From: Gemmatimonadales bacterium
GTDB taxonomy: Bacteria; Gemmatimonadota; Gemmatimonadetes; Gemmatimonadales; GWC2-71-9
Direction of reading: 5' to 3'
Length of the DNA stretch: 64,000 nt
Assembly: GCA_036279355.1 (NCBI GenBank)
Contig: DASUJH010000028.1
Span: forward strand, 45,577-109,576
Positions 36,603 to 46,150 of the stretch are shown one piece after another. The notes beneath the pieces were generated by a model. That model did not search any database, had not been told where the DNA came from, and saw nothing but the letters and a program-made list of their open reading frames with translations. Both the position numbers and the translations under genes were made by a program. Within the stretch, counting starts at the first letter, position 1, and each line of letters opens with the position of its first letter.

Positions 36603-37807
36603 GCGGCACGCTCGACGCGGCGCTCGGCGAGGAGCTCGAGCAGCTCCGCAGCGATGGGCTCTACCGCGCACTCCGATCGGTCGAGCGGCGGGGCGGGGCC
36701 GAGCTGCTGGTCGATGGGCGGCCCGCACTGGACTTCGCGTCCAACGACTACCTCGGGCTCGCCACCGACGCGCGCGTGGCGGGTGCCATTGCGCGCGCGT
36801 TGCGCGGCGGCGGCAGTCAAGTCGGGATCGCCGGCGCCGCCGCGTCGCGCAGCATCTCCGGCAACCACCCGCTCCACGAGCAGCTCGAGCGCGAGCTGGC
36901 TCGGCTCAAGGGCGCCGAGGCGGCGCTGCTCTTCGGCTCGGGGTTCGCGGGCAACACCGGCGCGATCCCGGCGCTCGCCGGCCGGGGCGACGTTGTCTAT
37001 TCGGACGCGCTCAACCACGCGTCGATCATCGACGGCTGCCGGCTCTCGCGCGCCACGGTCCGGCCCTTTCCCCACGCCGATCTCGCCGTGCTTGGCGCGA
37101 TGCTCGCCGCCGACGGCCGGCACTACCGGCGCCGGTTCATCGTGGTGGAAGGCGTGTACTCGATGGACGGCGATCTCTTCCCGCTCGAGGCGCTCGTTTC
37201 ACTCGCGCACGCGCACGATGCGTGGATCTACCTCGATGACGCCCACGCGACAGGCGTACTCGGCGCCAGCGGTGCCGGGAGCGCCGAGCACTGGGAGCTC
37301 GCTGGCGAGATCGAAGTGACGCTCGGGACTCTGGGCAAGGCGCTCGGCGTCTCCGGCGCGTTCGTCGCGGGCGGCGCCACGCTGCGCGAGTTCCTGCTCA
37401 ACTGCGCGCGCTCCTTCATCTTCACGACGGCGCCGCCGTCGGCACTCGCAGCAGGCGCGCTCGCGGCGCTCGCGATCTCCCGCGCGGAGCCATGGCGCCG
37501 CGAGCGGCTCCGGACCCACGCGGCGCAACTGCGCGAGGGGCTGGAGCGGCTGGGAGGCGCATGCGACGCCCGCCTCCCGCCCGGCGAGCGCCCCGGTCAC
37601 ATCGTGCCGCTCGTCCTGGGCGGTGCCGAGCGCACCGTGCGGCTCGGCGGGCGGCTTGCCGAGCGGGGCTTTCTCGTGGGCGCCGTGCGGCCGCCGACGG
37701 TACCGGCGGGAGGCTCGCGGCTCCGCATCACGCTGAGCGCGGCGCACACGCCCGAGCACATCGACGCGCTGCTCGCCGCGCTTCGCGACCTGCTGCCGGG
37801 CGCATGA
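36599..37807 (+). CDS. bioF: 8-amino-7-oxononanoate synthase; start codon uncertain (CTG at 36599)
   Basis: GLYRALR, FASNDYLGL, SGFAGNTG, VYSMDGD and GTLGKALGVSG (PLP lysine) are present. No in-frame ATG, GTG or TTG lies close enough to keep the conserved N-terminus. Confidence 0.85.
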   Translation: MSGTLDAALGEELEQLRSDGLYRALRSVERRGGAELLVDGRPALDFASNDYLGLATDARVAGAIARALRGGGSQVGIAGAAASRSISGNHPLHEQLERELARLKGAEAALLFGSGFAGNTGAIPALAGRGDVVYSDALNHASIIDGCRLSRATVRPFPHADLAVLGAMLAADGRHYRRRFIVVEGVYSMDGDLFPLEALVSLAHAHDAWIYLDDAHATGVLGASGAGSAEHWELAGEIEVTLGTLGKALGVSGAFVAGGATLREFLLNCARSFIFTTAPPSALAAGALAALAISRAEPWRRERLRTHAAQLREGLERLGGACDARLPPGERPGHIVPLVLGGAERTVRLGGRLAERGFLVGAVRPPTVPAGGSRLRITLSAAHTPEHIDALLAALRDLLPGA

Positions 37808-39168
37808 GCGACGCCGCCGAGCGCGCGCAGCTCAACGCCTGGGACGACGCCCACCTCTGGCATCCGTTCACGCCGCAGAGCGTCTACCGCAGCGAAGATC
37901 CGCTCATGGTCGTGGCCGGCGACGGCCACTACCTGATCGACGCCGATGGGCACCGCTATCTCGACGGCGTCGCCTCGCTCTGGTGCAATCTCTTCGGCCA
38001 TCGGCGTCCGGAGATCGACCGCGCCATCCACGAACAGCTCGGCCGGATCGCGCACTCGACGCTGCTGGGCCACGCCAGCGAGCCGGCGGTGCGCCTCGCG
38101 AAGCGTCTGATCGACATCGCACCCGAGGGCCTCCCTCGGGTCTTCTTCTCCGACAACGGATCGACCGCGGTCGAGGTGGCGCTCAAGCTCGCCTACCAGT
38201 ACTGGCAACAGGCGGACGGCGGCCGGCACCGCGCGCGCTCGGCCTTCCTCACGCTCGACAGCGCGTACCACGGCGACACGATCGGATCGGTATCGGCGGG
38301 CGGCATCGAGCTGTTCCACGAGCGCTACCGCCCGCTTCTCTTCGAGACGATCCGCGCGCCTTCGCCATACGGCTATCGTTGCCCTCCGGGTCACGATGCC
38401 GCGAGCTGGAGCGAGGCGTGCATCGTCGAGCTCGAACGCCTCGTTCTCGCCAACGCCGACCGGCTCGCCGCCGTGGTGATGGAGCCCGGTGTGCAGGGCG
38501 CCGCGGGCATGATCGTGCAGCCTGAAGGCTTCGTCCGGCGCGTGCGCGAGATCACCGCCCGCACCGGCACGCTGCTCATCCTCGATGAAGTCGCCGTCGG
38601 CTTCGGCCGCTCGGGCCGGATGTTCGCCTCGGAGCGCGAGGGCGTGTCACCCGATCTCCTCTGCCTCGCCAAGGGCCTCACCGGCGGTTATCTCCCGATG
38701 GCCGCGACGCTCGCCACCGAGCGCATCTTCGGCGCGTTCCTGGGTCCGCCGGCGGAGGGCCGCACCTTTTTCCACGGCCACACCTACACCGGAAACCAGC
38801 TCGCCGCCGCGGCCGCGCACGCCGTGCTCGACATCTTCGAGCGCGACGGCATCGTCGATCGCCTGCCGCGCACCATCGCGCATCTCTCCGCCGAGCTCGA
38901 GCGCCTGCGTCCGCTCCCCGCCGTGGGCGACATACGGCAGTACGGCCTCGCCGCCGGCATCGAGCTCGTCGCCGACCGCGCCACCAAAGCACCGTTCCCT
39001 TCCGCCGAGCGCCGCGGCATGCAGGTCTGCCGCGCCGCCCGCTCCCATGGCGTCTTCCTCCGCCCCCTCGGCGATGTGATCGTGCTGATGCCCCCGCTCA
39101 CGATTGCCGACCCGGAAATCACCCACCTGATCGACGCACTTGCCTGCTCGATCCGTGAAGTCTGCTGA
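37804..39168 (+). CDS. bioA: adenosylmethionine-8-amino-7-oxononanoate aminotransferase
   Basis: The start has an ATGA overlap with the bioF stop. HLWHPFT, SLWCNLFGH, FFSDNGSTAVEVALK, LILDEVAVGFGRSG and CLAKGLTGGY are present. Confidence 0.9.
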   Translation: MSDAAERAQLNAWDDAHLWHPFTPQSVYRSEDPLMVVAGDGHYLIDADGHRYLDGVASLWCNLFGHRRPEIDRAIHEQLGRIAHSTLLGHASEPAVRLAKRLIDIAPEGLPRVFFSDNGSTAVEVALKLAYQYWQQADGGRHRARSAFLTLDSAYHGDTIGSVSAGGIELFHERYRPLLFETIRAPSPYGYRCPPGHDAASWSEACIVELERLVLANADRLAAVVMEPGVQGAAGMIVQPEGFVRRVREITARTGTLLILDEVAVGFGRSGRMFASEREGVSPDLLCLAKGLTGGYLPMAATLATERIFGAFLGPPAEGRTFFHGHTYTGNQLAAAAAHAVLDIFERDGIVDRLPRTIAHLSAELERLRPLPAVGDIRQYGLAAGIELVADRATKAPFPSAERRGMQVCRAARSHGVFLRPLGDVIVLMPPLTIADPEITHLIDALACSIREVC

Positions 39169-39206
39169 CAAGGGCGGTAGAGGCGGTATCGCCCTATACT
39201 TCGGGC

Positions 39207-40370
39207 ATGGCTGAGTCGATCCGCGAGCTCTTCTTCGGCGGCCCCTCCACCCGCGCGCTGGTCGAGGTCATCGCCCCGCGCCGTACGTTCGAAGACGTGG
39301 TGCTTCCACCCGATACGATGGGCGCGCTCAACCACGCGCTCGCCCTCGTCCGGAAGCACGATCTCATCTTCCGCGAATGGGGCCTGGGCGAGCGGCACAG
39401 CGCTGGGCTCGGCCTCGCCTTCCACTTTGCCGGACCGCCGGGCACCGGCAAGACGATCTGCGCCGAAGCGCTGGCGTACGCGCTCAATCGGCAATTGCTC
39501 GTGGTGCGCTACGCCGAGCTGGAGAGCCGCTGGGTGGGCCAGACGAGCAAGCATGTGGCCGCCGTCTTCCGCGCGGCCGAGCGGCAGGACGCGGTGCTCT
39601 TCTTCGACGAGGCCGACGCCATTGCGGGGCGCCGGTTTGCCGCGGCGGCCGCCGGCTCCGAGCGCGAAGCGAACACCGTCGTCAACGTGCTGCTTCAGGA
39701 GCTGGACCGCTTCGGCGGCGTCGTCATCTTCGCCACCAATCTCGCCGCCGGCATCGATCCGGCATTCGAGCGGCGGATCCGCACCCACATTCTGTTCGGT
39801 TTGCCGGGCATCGAGGAGCGCGCGCGGATCTGGCGGGCGCAGCTCCACCCGCGGAAGACCCCGCTCGCCGATGACGTCAACTTCGAGGCCCTCGCCGAGG
39901 AGTTCGCGCGGAGCGGCGGCGACATCAAGAACGCGGTGCTCAAGGCGGCCCAGCTCGCCACGATCGAGCCCGGCCCCGACGCCGCGAAGCGGATCCACCA
40001 GCGCCACTTCGAGCAGGGCATGCGCGAGGTGATCGCGGCGGGCGAGGTGATGTCGCAGTCGCTCTTCGAGCAGCCGGGCGGGGCCGCACCGTCGCCGATG
40101 GCGGATCTCTGGGAGCGGATGTCGGAGGGACAGGATCGGCTGGAAGGCGAAATGGCGCTGCTGGCCGAGCGGATGGAGGCGCAGGAGACCGGGCAACGCT
40201 CGGCGCTCGAGCGGATCGACGCGGGGCGCCGCGAGCTCGACGAGCGCGGGCGCGAGATGCTCGCGACATTTGAGCGCGGCCACCGCCGCGCCATGCGCTG
40301 GGCATTCGGGCTCGGCGCGGCAGCGCTCGTGCTCGCCGCGGCGGCGTTCGTGCTGGCGCTCGTGCGCTGA
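39207..40370 (+). CDS. AAA+ ATPase (classic clade) with a C-terminal coiled coil and a tail TM anchor
   Basis: Walker A is GPPGTGKT, Walker B is VLFFDEADAI, and the second region of homology is ATNLAAGIDPAFERR. The C-terminus reads RMEAQETGQRSALERIDAGRRELDERGREM and ends WAFGLGAAALVLAAAAFVLALVR. Confidence 0.85.
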   Translation: MAESIRELFFGGPSTRALVEVIAPRRTFEDVVLPPDTMGALNHALALVRKHDLIFREWGLGERHSAGLGLAFHFAGPPGTGKTICAEALAYALNRQLLVVRYAELESRWVGQTSKHVAAVFRAAERQDAVLFFDEADAIAGRRFAAAAAGSEREANTVVNVLLQELDRFGGVVIFATNLAAGIDPAFERRIRTHILFGLPGIEERARIWRAQLHPRKTPLADDVNFEALAEEFARSGGDIKNAVLKAAQLATIEPGPDAAKRIHQRHFEQGMREVIAAGEVMSQSLFEQPGGAAPSPMADLWERMSEGQDRLEGEMALLAERMEAQETGQRSALERIDAGRRELDERGREMLATFERGHRRAMRWAFGLGAAALVLAAAAFVLALVR

Positions 40371-40415
40371 GATCGCGCGCTCACCGCCGCCCAACCAGTA
40401 CGGAGCCTGGCTGCC

Positions 40416-40799
40416 ATGCCGTCCGGCCCGCTCGCCCGCCTGCGCCGCCTTTGCCTCGCGCTGCCCGAAGGTCATGAGGTCGAAGCATGGGGCGCGCCCA
40501 CCTTCCGGGTGCGGAACAAACTCTTCGCCATGTACGCGAGCGCCCGTTCCCATCACGGCGGAGGCCGGCCCGCAGTCTGGTGCAAGGCCGCACCGGGCAA
40601 TCAGGCGCTCATGGTGAAGGTGGCGCCCGCGCGATTCTTCGTACCGCCGTACGTGGGGCCGAGCGGCTGGATCGGCGTGTGGCTGGATGGGCGGGTGGAC
40701 TGGCGGGAGCTCGCCGGACTGCTCGAGGACAGCTACCGGCTGGTGGCGCCGAGGCGGCTCGCGGCGCGGCTCAGAAGCCCACCATCACCCCGAGCGTAA
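40416..40799 (+). CDS. MmcQ/YjbR-family protein
   Basis: LRRLCLALPEGHEVEAWGAPTFRVRNKLFAMY...GWIGVWL is present. Confidence 0.7.
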   Translation: MPSGPLARLRRLCLALPEGHEVEAWGAPTFRVRNKLFAMYASARSHHGGGRPAVWCKAAPGNQALMVKVAPARFFVPPYVGPSGWIGVWLDGRVDWRELAGLLEDSYRLVAPRRLAARLRSPPSPRA

Positions 40800-41451
40800 G
40801 CTCGCCGCTGGTATAGACCCCTCGCCGATAGGTGTACTCCCTGCCGCCGGAGTCGCTGAAGAGCGCCTCGGAGCCGCCGGTGCGCGTGGCGCGAAGCCGG
40901 CCTTCCACCCGGAAGCCGATGGGCCCCGACAGCCACCGCTTGTATCCGAGCGCGGCGTTGGCCGCGAAGCGGGTGTCGTGGCTCTCCGGATTGGCTGGGT
41001 TGGTGCCGCCGACCTCCGGCTCGAATACCGTGACGCCGCCCCCGATCGCGAGGTACAGCGCTTCGATGGGCGATGAGTACGCGAAAATGAGATCGAGGTC
41101 GGCCTGGTCGATGTTGATGCTGCCGTCGTTCTGCTCCGTTCCCGCGGCCGAGTCGACCAGAGTGGCGCCCGGTGTTATCCGGGTGTAGCTCGCCTCGACC
41201 CCGAAGCCGCTCGAGAGATAATAAGTGAGCCGGGCGCCGCCGGTGAGCTTGTTCCGAGCCTTGACGATGATTCCCTTCGTGGCTGCCACCGAGTAGAGCG
41301 TGCTGCCGAAATAGTAGCCGCCAAAGCCGGTCAGCTCCCAGCGCGAATGGGGTTCGTCCTGGGCACGGAGCGGCGACGCGCCCAGAGCGGCCCCTGCAAT
41401 GAACGCGAGCGTGGCAACACACCGGGAACTGGCTCGGACCACGAGAGTCAT
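40771..41451 (-). CDS. outer-membrane beta-barrel protein
   Basis: A signal peptide is followed by alternating aromatic/hydrophobic strands. The C-terminus is GELTLGVMVGF, ending in Phe. Confidence 0.7.
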   Translation of the reverse strand: MTLVVRASSRCVATLAFIAGAALGASPLRAQDEPHSRWELTGFGGYYFGSTLYSVAATKGIIVKARNKLTGGARLTYYLSSGFGVEASYTRITPGATLVDSAAGTEQNDGSINIDQADLDLIFAYSSPIEALYLAIGGGVTVFEPEVGGTNPANPESHDTRFAANAALGYKRWLSGPIGFRVEGRLRATRTGGSEALFSDSGGREYTYRRGVYTSGELTLGVMVGF

Positions 41452-41525
41452 GGGCGCTCGGCCGATGATGTCACTGTTGTCGCTCCGGGATCGCCGCTCA
41501 ATCTAGCGCCTGCTGCGCGCGCCGC

Positions 41526-42254
41526 TCAGCCCCGCGCCGTCTGCGCGAGCCGGGCCGCCGCCTGGGCGTCCACCAGCCACGTGAGCTCGCCCTGCGCGGG
41601 CGCGATGCTCTGGGCTGGCAGCAGCTCCGGCTCGCGCGGGGCTTCCAGCACGCGCGCGAGCGTCTCCGCCTTTCCGGCGCCGGCCACGAGAAAGAGCACA
41701 TCGCGCGCGGCGTTGAACGCGGGCGGTGTGAGTGTCACGCGCCACATGTCCACGGGTTCCATCCGCTCTGCCAGCGCGAGGCGCACCCGCTCGCGCACAG
41801 CCGCATGGCCCGGAAAGAGCGACGCAGTGTGCCCATCGGCGCCCATGCCGAGGAGCACGAGATCGAAGCGCCCCGGCATGTCGCGAAGCAGGCGGTCGTA
41901 TGCGGCGGCGGCCCCCGTCGGATCATCCTCGCCCCGGATGCGGTGGACGTTTTCGGACGGGACCCGGACTCGATCCAGCAGCGCCTCACGCGCCGTGCGG
42001 TAGTTGCTGCGTGGGTCGTCGGGTGGCACGCAGCGCTCGTCGCCCCAGAAGAACTGCACGCGACCCCAGTCAACGCGGCCGGCAAACGCCTCGCTCGCGA
42101 GCAACCCGTACGCCGCGCGCGGCGTCTCGCCGCCGGCGAGCACCAGATTGCATCGTCCACGCGCCGCAATCGCCTCGGCGGCGCGGGCCGCGACATGTTC
42201 CGCGGCTGTCCGCGCGAGGTCGGCCGCGTCGCGCACAACCCGCACCGCGCTCAC
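41526..42254 (-). CDS. pgl: 6-phosphogluconolactonase
   Basis: LVLAGGETP, FFWGDERCVPPDDPRSNY and LLGMGADGHTASLFPG are present. The GTG start overlaps the rpiA stop as GTGA. Confidence 0.85.
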   Translation of the reverse strand: MSAVRVVRDAADLARTAAEHVAARAAEAIAARGRCNLVLAGGETPRAAYGLLASEAFAGRVDWGRVQFFWGDERCVPPDDPRSNYRTAREALLDRVRVPSENVHRIRGEDDPTGAAAAYDRLLRDMPGRFDLVLLGMGADGHTASLFPGHAAVRERVRLALAERMEPVDMWRVTLTPPAFNAARDVLFLVAGAGKAETLARVLEAPREPELLPAQSIAPAQGELTWLVDAQAAARLAQTARG

Positions 42255-43006
42255 GTGCGCGACGAGGAGGCGCTCGTCATGTGCACCACCCCATCCTCCC
42301 CAGCGGCAATGACATCGGTGGCGAGCCCGAGGAACAGCCCGTGCGCCGCAACGCCCGCCCGCACGGCCAACGCGGCCGCGAGCTCCGCCGGCCGCGGAAT
42401 CGGCCCGATGGCGCAATCGACCACGAGATTGCCCTCGTCGGTGAGATACGGGGCGCCGCCGGGCCCGCAGCGCACCACCGGCCGCGCACCGAGCCCGTCG
42501 AGAAACTCGACCTGCGCGCGCCAGCCGAACGGCACCACCTCGACCGGAAGGCGCGCGCGGGTGCCGAGCTGGGGTGAGAGCTTGCTCGCGTCCACCACGA
42601 TGACCTCGCGCCGGCTCGCCTGCGCCACAATCTTTTCCCGCAGCAGCGCGCCGCCCGCGCCCTTGATGAGGTCGAGATTGTCGTCCACTTCGTCGGCGCC
42701 GTCGATCGTGATGTCGACGGCCAGCCGATCGTCGGGCCCGATGAGCGGAATGCCGAGGGTCCGGGCCTCGCGCGCCACGAGAGCGGACGTGGCCACACCC
42801 ACAACGCCCCGGAGCGCGCCGTCCCGAAGCAGCGCCCCGATCCGGCGCACGGCAAAGGCCGCCGTGGTGCCGCTTCCGAGCCCCACCACCATCCCCGGCT
42901 CGATCAGCTCCACCGCGCGCTCGGCCGCCTGCCGCTGGAGCTCGGCGCGCGACTCGGCGCTCCGCGGCGCACCGGCGCCCGGGTCCCCGCCGCGCGGCTC
43001 AGCCAT
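42251..43006 (-). CDS. rpiA: ribose-5-phosphate isomerase A
   Basis: VVGLGSGTTAAFAV, IDGADEVD, LIKGAGGALLREKIV and VVPFGW are present. Confidence 0.85.
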   Translation of the reverse strand: MAEPRGGDPGAGAPRSAESRAELQRQAAERAVELIEPGMVVGLGSGTTAAFAVRRIGALLRDGALRGVVGVATSALVAREARTLGIPLIGPDDRLAVDITIDGADEVDDNLDLIKGAGGALLREKIVAQASRREVIVVDASKLSPQLGTRARLPVEVVPFGWRAQVEFLDGLGARPVVRCGPGGAPYLTDEGNLVVDCAIGPIPRPAELAAALAVRAGVAAHGLFLGLATDVIAAGEDGVVHMTSASSSRT

Positions 43007-43691
43007 CGAAATCCAGCCCGGCCACGTCACCGATTCGATCGACGGCGAGATCCGCCGGCGGATAGCTCGCGAGCACCTCCGGATCGTGCGCATAGTGTCC
43101 CTGCCGCACGAACACCGTGGTCACCCGCTCTGCCCACACGCGCTTCACCGCGGTGAGGATGCGCAGTTTGTCATCGATCAGCACGTAGCGCGCTGCCGGA
43201 TAGCGCCGCTCGACGTCGTCCAGCTCCAGCTCCTTGTGGATGCAGATCATGACCCGGTCGTTCACCGCGCGCCGGATTCCCGAGCGATCCACCTTGCGGG
43301 GCTGGAACACGACGTCGCCATCGGTGAGGATCACCGTCTCGCCCAGGCGCCCGCAGCGCGCCACCACGTCGAGCGCACCGGGATAGAGCCGGTCGGCAAA
43401 TGGATAATCGAGCAGGTATGACGACATGAGCAGGAGCCGTGGATCGTGCAGCGGCTCGAGGCGGTACCGCTGGAAGGCGCCCAGATAGTCGGCGTAGCCC
43501 AGCTCTGCGCGCAGCTCGAGGAAGATGGCCCAGTAGCGGTCCGCCGCGTCGCGCCCTGACTCGCGGGTGAGATACGCCCGGTAGTCCGCCTGCGCGGCGT
43601 CGTTGTCGAGCAGCGTGTTATCCACGTCGAAGAGAATCACCCGCCGCGTGGCCCGCCGCATGGGCTCCCCCGTTGCCGCGGTGCCGGTCAT
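42999..43691 (-). CDS. HAD-superfamily hydrolase
   Basis: [13 protein letters not shown] is HAD motif I, and [10 protein letters not shown] is the motif IV region. The ATG start overlaps the zwf stop as ATGA. Confidence 0.7.
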   Translation of the reverse strand: MTGTAATGEPMRRATRRVILFDVDNTLLDNDAAQADYRAYLTRESGRDAADRYWAIFLELRAELGYADYLGAFQRYRLEPLHDPRLLLMSSYLLDYPFADRLYPGALDVVARCGRLGETVILTDGDVVFQPRKVDRSGIRRAVNDRVMICIHKELELDDVERRYPAARYVLIDDKLRILTAVKRVWAERVTTVFVRQGHYAHDPEVLASYPPADLAVDRIGDVAGLDFDG

Positions 43692-45073
43692 TCGCAGGGA
43701 TCGTACGGCGTCGGGTCGTGCCAGCCGCCGGTCCCGTCCACCAGTGCGCGCGCCGCCGGGGGTCCCCACGTGCCCGGCTCGTAGGGGCAGAGCGGCGTGG
43801 AGCAGCCGAGCACCGGACCCACGACGTGCCAGGCAGCTTCCACCGAATCCTCCCGCGCAAAGAGCATCTGGTCGCCGCGCATCGCGTCGCGCAACAGCCG
43901 CTCGTAGGGCATCATTTCGTCCGCGCGGTCGTGGCAGGCGACCAGCTCGACGTCTTCGCCCACCATCATCTCGCCCGGACGCTTGGCCCGGGCCCCGAGC
44001 GAGAGCACCACGTGCGGGCTCAGCTGGAAGCGGAAATGGTTGGGCGGTGTCATGCCGAGATCGGCAAAAAGCGCCTGCGGCGGCTGCTTGAGCTCGACCC
44101 AGACCTCGGTCACCGTCACCGGCAGGCACTTGCCCGCCCGGATGAAAAAGGGCACGCCTGCCCACCTCCATGAGGCGAGCCGGAGCCGCACCGCTGCGAA
44201 CGTCTCCACCTGCGAGTCGGGCGCGACACCGGACTCCGCGCGGTAGCCCACGACCTGCCCGCGCACCACGTCGGCTGCCTCGAGCGGCCGCATGGTGCGG
44301 AACGCCTGCGCCTTTGCGTCGCGGATCGACTCGGTGTCGCCGCCCGCCGGCGGCTCCATCGCGAGCAGGCTCACAATCTGCAGCAGATGGTTCTGCACCA
44401 CGTCGCGGATCGCGCCCGCTTCCTCGTAGAACTTCCCGCGGCCGCGCACGCCGAAGCTCTCCGCCATCGTGATCTGGACTTCGTCGACGTAATTCCGGTT
44501 CCACACCGGTTCCAGGAACGAGTTGGCGAACCGGTAGTAGAGCAGGTTCTGCACCGGCTCCTTGCCGAGATAGTGATCGATGCGGAAGATGGCGGGCTCG
44601 GGAAAGAACTGGTGCAACGTGGCGTTGAGCGCGCGCGCGGAATCGAGATCGCGCCCGAACGGCTTCTCGAGGATCACCCGCGCGTCGCGCGCGCAACCGG
44701 ACGCCGCAAGGCCCGCCGCCACCGTTCCGAAGAGGCTCGGCGGGATCGCGAGATAGTGGATCGGCCGCTGCGCGTCGCCGAGCGCGACGCGGAGCCGGTC
44801 GTAGGTCGCGGCGTCCTGATAGTCACCGTCGACGTATTGCAGGAGCGCCGAGAGCCGCGCAAACGCGGCGGGGTCGAGGCCGCCGTGCTCCTCCACGCTC
44901 TGCCTGGCGCGATCGCGGAGCTGGTCGAGCGTCCAGCCCGAGCGCGCCACACCCAGGATCGGCACGTTGAGCGTCCCCCGCCGGATCATCGCCTGCAGGG
45001 CGGGGAAGATCTGCTTGTACGCGAGATCGCCGGTGACCCCGAAGACCACCAATGCGTCCGACTGCGCCGTCAT
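43688..45073 (-). CDS. zwf: glucose-6-phosphate 1-dehydrogenase
   Basis: [27 protein letters not shown] and [10 protein letters not shown] are present. Confidence 0.95.
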   Translation of the reverse strand: MTAQSDALVVFGVTGDLAYKQIFPALQAMIRRGTLNVPILGVARSGWTLDQLRDRARQSVEEHGGLDPAAFARLSALLQYVDGDYQDAATYDRLRVALGDAQRPIHYLAIPPSLFGTVAAGLAASGCARDARVILEKPFGRDLDSARALNATLHQFFPEPAIFRIDHYLGKEPVQNLLYYRFANSFLEPVWNRNYVDEVQITMAESFGVRGRGKFYEEAGAIRDVVQNHLLQIVSLLAMEPPAGGDTESIRDAKAQAFRTMRPLEAADVVRGQVVGYRAESGVAPDSQVETFAAVRLRLASWRWAGVPFFIRAGKCLPVTVTEVWVELKQPPQALFADLGMTPPNHFRFQLSPHVVLSLGARAKRPGEMMVGEDVELVACHDRADEMMPYERLLRDAMRGDQMLFAREDSVEAAWHVVGPVLGCSTPLCPYEPGTWGPPAARALVDGTGGWHDPTPYDPCE

Positions 45074-45082
45074 CCCGGCCTC

Positions 45083-46138
45083 CTAGCCCGCGTCCTTTTC
45101 CAGGTGCCCGCCGAACTCGTACCGGAGCGCGGAGAGCAGCCGGTTGGCGAAGTCCGCCTCGCCGCGCGAGCTGAAGCGCCCGAACAGCGCCGCGCTCAGC
45201 ACCGGCACCGGCACCGCCTCGTCGATCGCGGCGGCAATCGTCCAGCGCCCCTCGCCCGAGTCCGACACCCGTCCGCCGAAGCGCGCGAGGTCGGGGCTCG
45301 CCGCGAGCGCGCGCGCCGTGAGGTCGAGCAGCCACGATCCGATCACGCTCCCTCGGCGCCAGACTTCGGCGATCTGCGCCAGGTCGAACGTATAGCGGTA
45401 GTGCTCCGGGTGCCGGAGCGGCGTCGTCTCCGCATCGGCCGCGCGGCCACCTGCCTCCGCGCGAAGCCCGGCATCCGCATGGTGCAGGAGGTTGAAGCCT
45501 TCCGCATAGGCCGCCATGATCCCGTATTCGATTCCGTTGTGGACCATCTTGACGAAGTGCCCCGCGCCGGGCGGCCCGCAGTGCAGATAGCCGTGCTCGG
45601 CGGTGCCGGGCGATGCTGTGCCGGCCTGCGCACCGCGGGCGTCCGCGCGCGCGGCCGTGCGCGGCGCGGCGCCCACGCCCGGCGCCAGCGCCGCAAAGAT
45701 CGGATCGAGCCGGCGCACCGCGTCGTCGTCGCCGCCGATCATGAGGCAGAAGCCGCGCTCGAGCCCCCACACGCCGCCGCTCGTCCCCACGTCCAGGTAG
45801 TGAATGCCACGCGGCGCCAGCTCGGCGGCGCGGCGCAGGTCGTCGAGATAGTAGGAATTGCCGCCGTCGATCACCACGTCGCCCGGGGAAAGCAGCGGCG
45901 TGAGCGCCGCCAACTCGCGATCGACGATCCCCGCCGGCACCATGAGCCAGATGGCACGCGGCGGCGAGAGCCGCTTCACGAACTCCTCCAGCGAGGCCGC
46001 TCCCGCCGCGCCTTCGCCTTCGAGCGTGCGCACCGCGTCGGGGTGAATGTCGTAGGCCACGCACCGGTGTCCCGCGCGGAGCAGCCGCCGCACCATGTTG
46101 GAGCCCATTCGCCCCAGGCCGATCATGCCCAGTTGCAT
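45083..46138 (-). CDS. gnd: 6-phosphogluconate dehydrogenase (decarboxylating), short YqeC/Gnd-like form
   Basis: MQLGMIGLGRMGSNM, IDGGNSYY, GTSGGVWG and GAGHFVKMVHNGIEYG are present. Confidence 0.9.
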   Translation of the reverse strand: MQLGMIGLGRMGSNMVRRLLRAGHRCVAYDIHPDAVRTLEGEGAAGAASLEEFVKRLSPPRAIWLMVPAGIVDRELAALTPLLSPGDVVIDGGNSYYLDDLRRAAELAPRGIHYLDVGTSGGVWGLERGFCLMIGGDDDAVRRLDPIFAALAPGVGAAPRTAARADARGAQAGTASPGTAEHGYLHCGPPGAGHFVKMVHNGIEYGIMAAYAEGFNLLHHADAGLRAEAGGRAADAETTPLRHPEHYRYTFDLAQIAEVWRRGSVIGSWLLDLTARALAASPDLARFGGRVSDSGEGRWTIAAAIDEAVPVPVLSAALFGRFSSRGEADFANRLLSALRYEFGGHLEKDAG

Positions 46139-46150
46139 CCGCCCGCTCCT

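Noticed and set aside
38784-40556. 590-aa minus-strand ORF overlapping bioA and the AAA+ ATPase; also 10076..11428 (-) opposite kinase 1, and 5824..7125 (+) and 6239..7237 (-) over hdeD/SDR.
   Set aside because: They have shadow-frame composition (Arg/Pro/Gly-rich) with no domains. The alternative frames carry clear Walker, PLP, kinase and SDR motifs.
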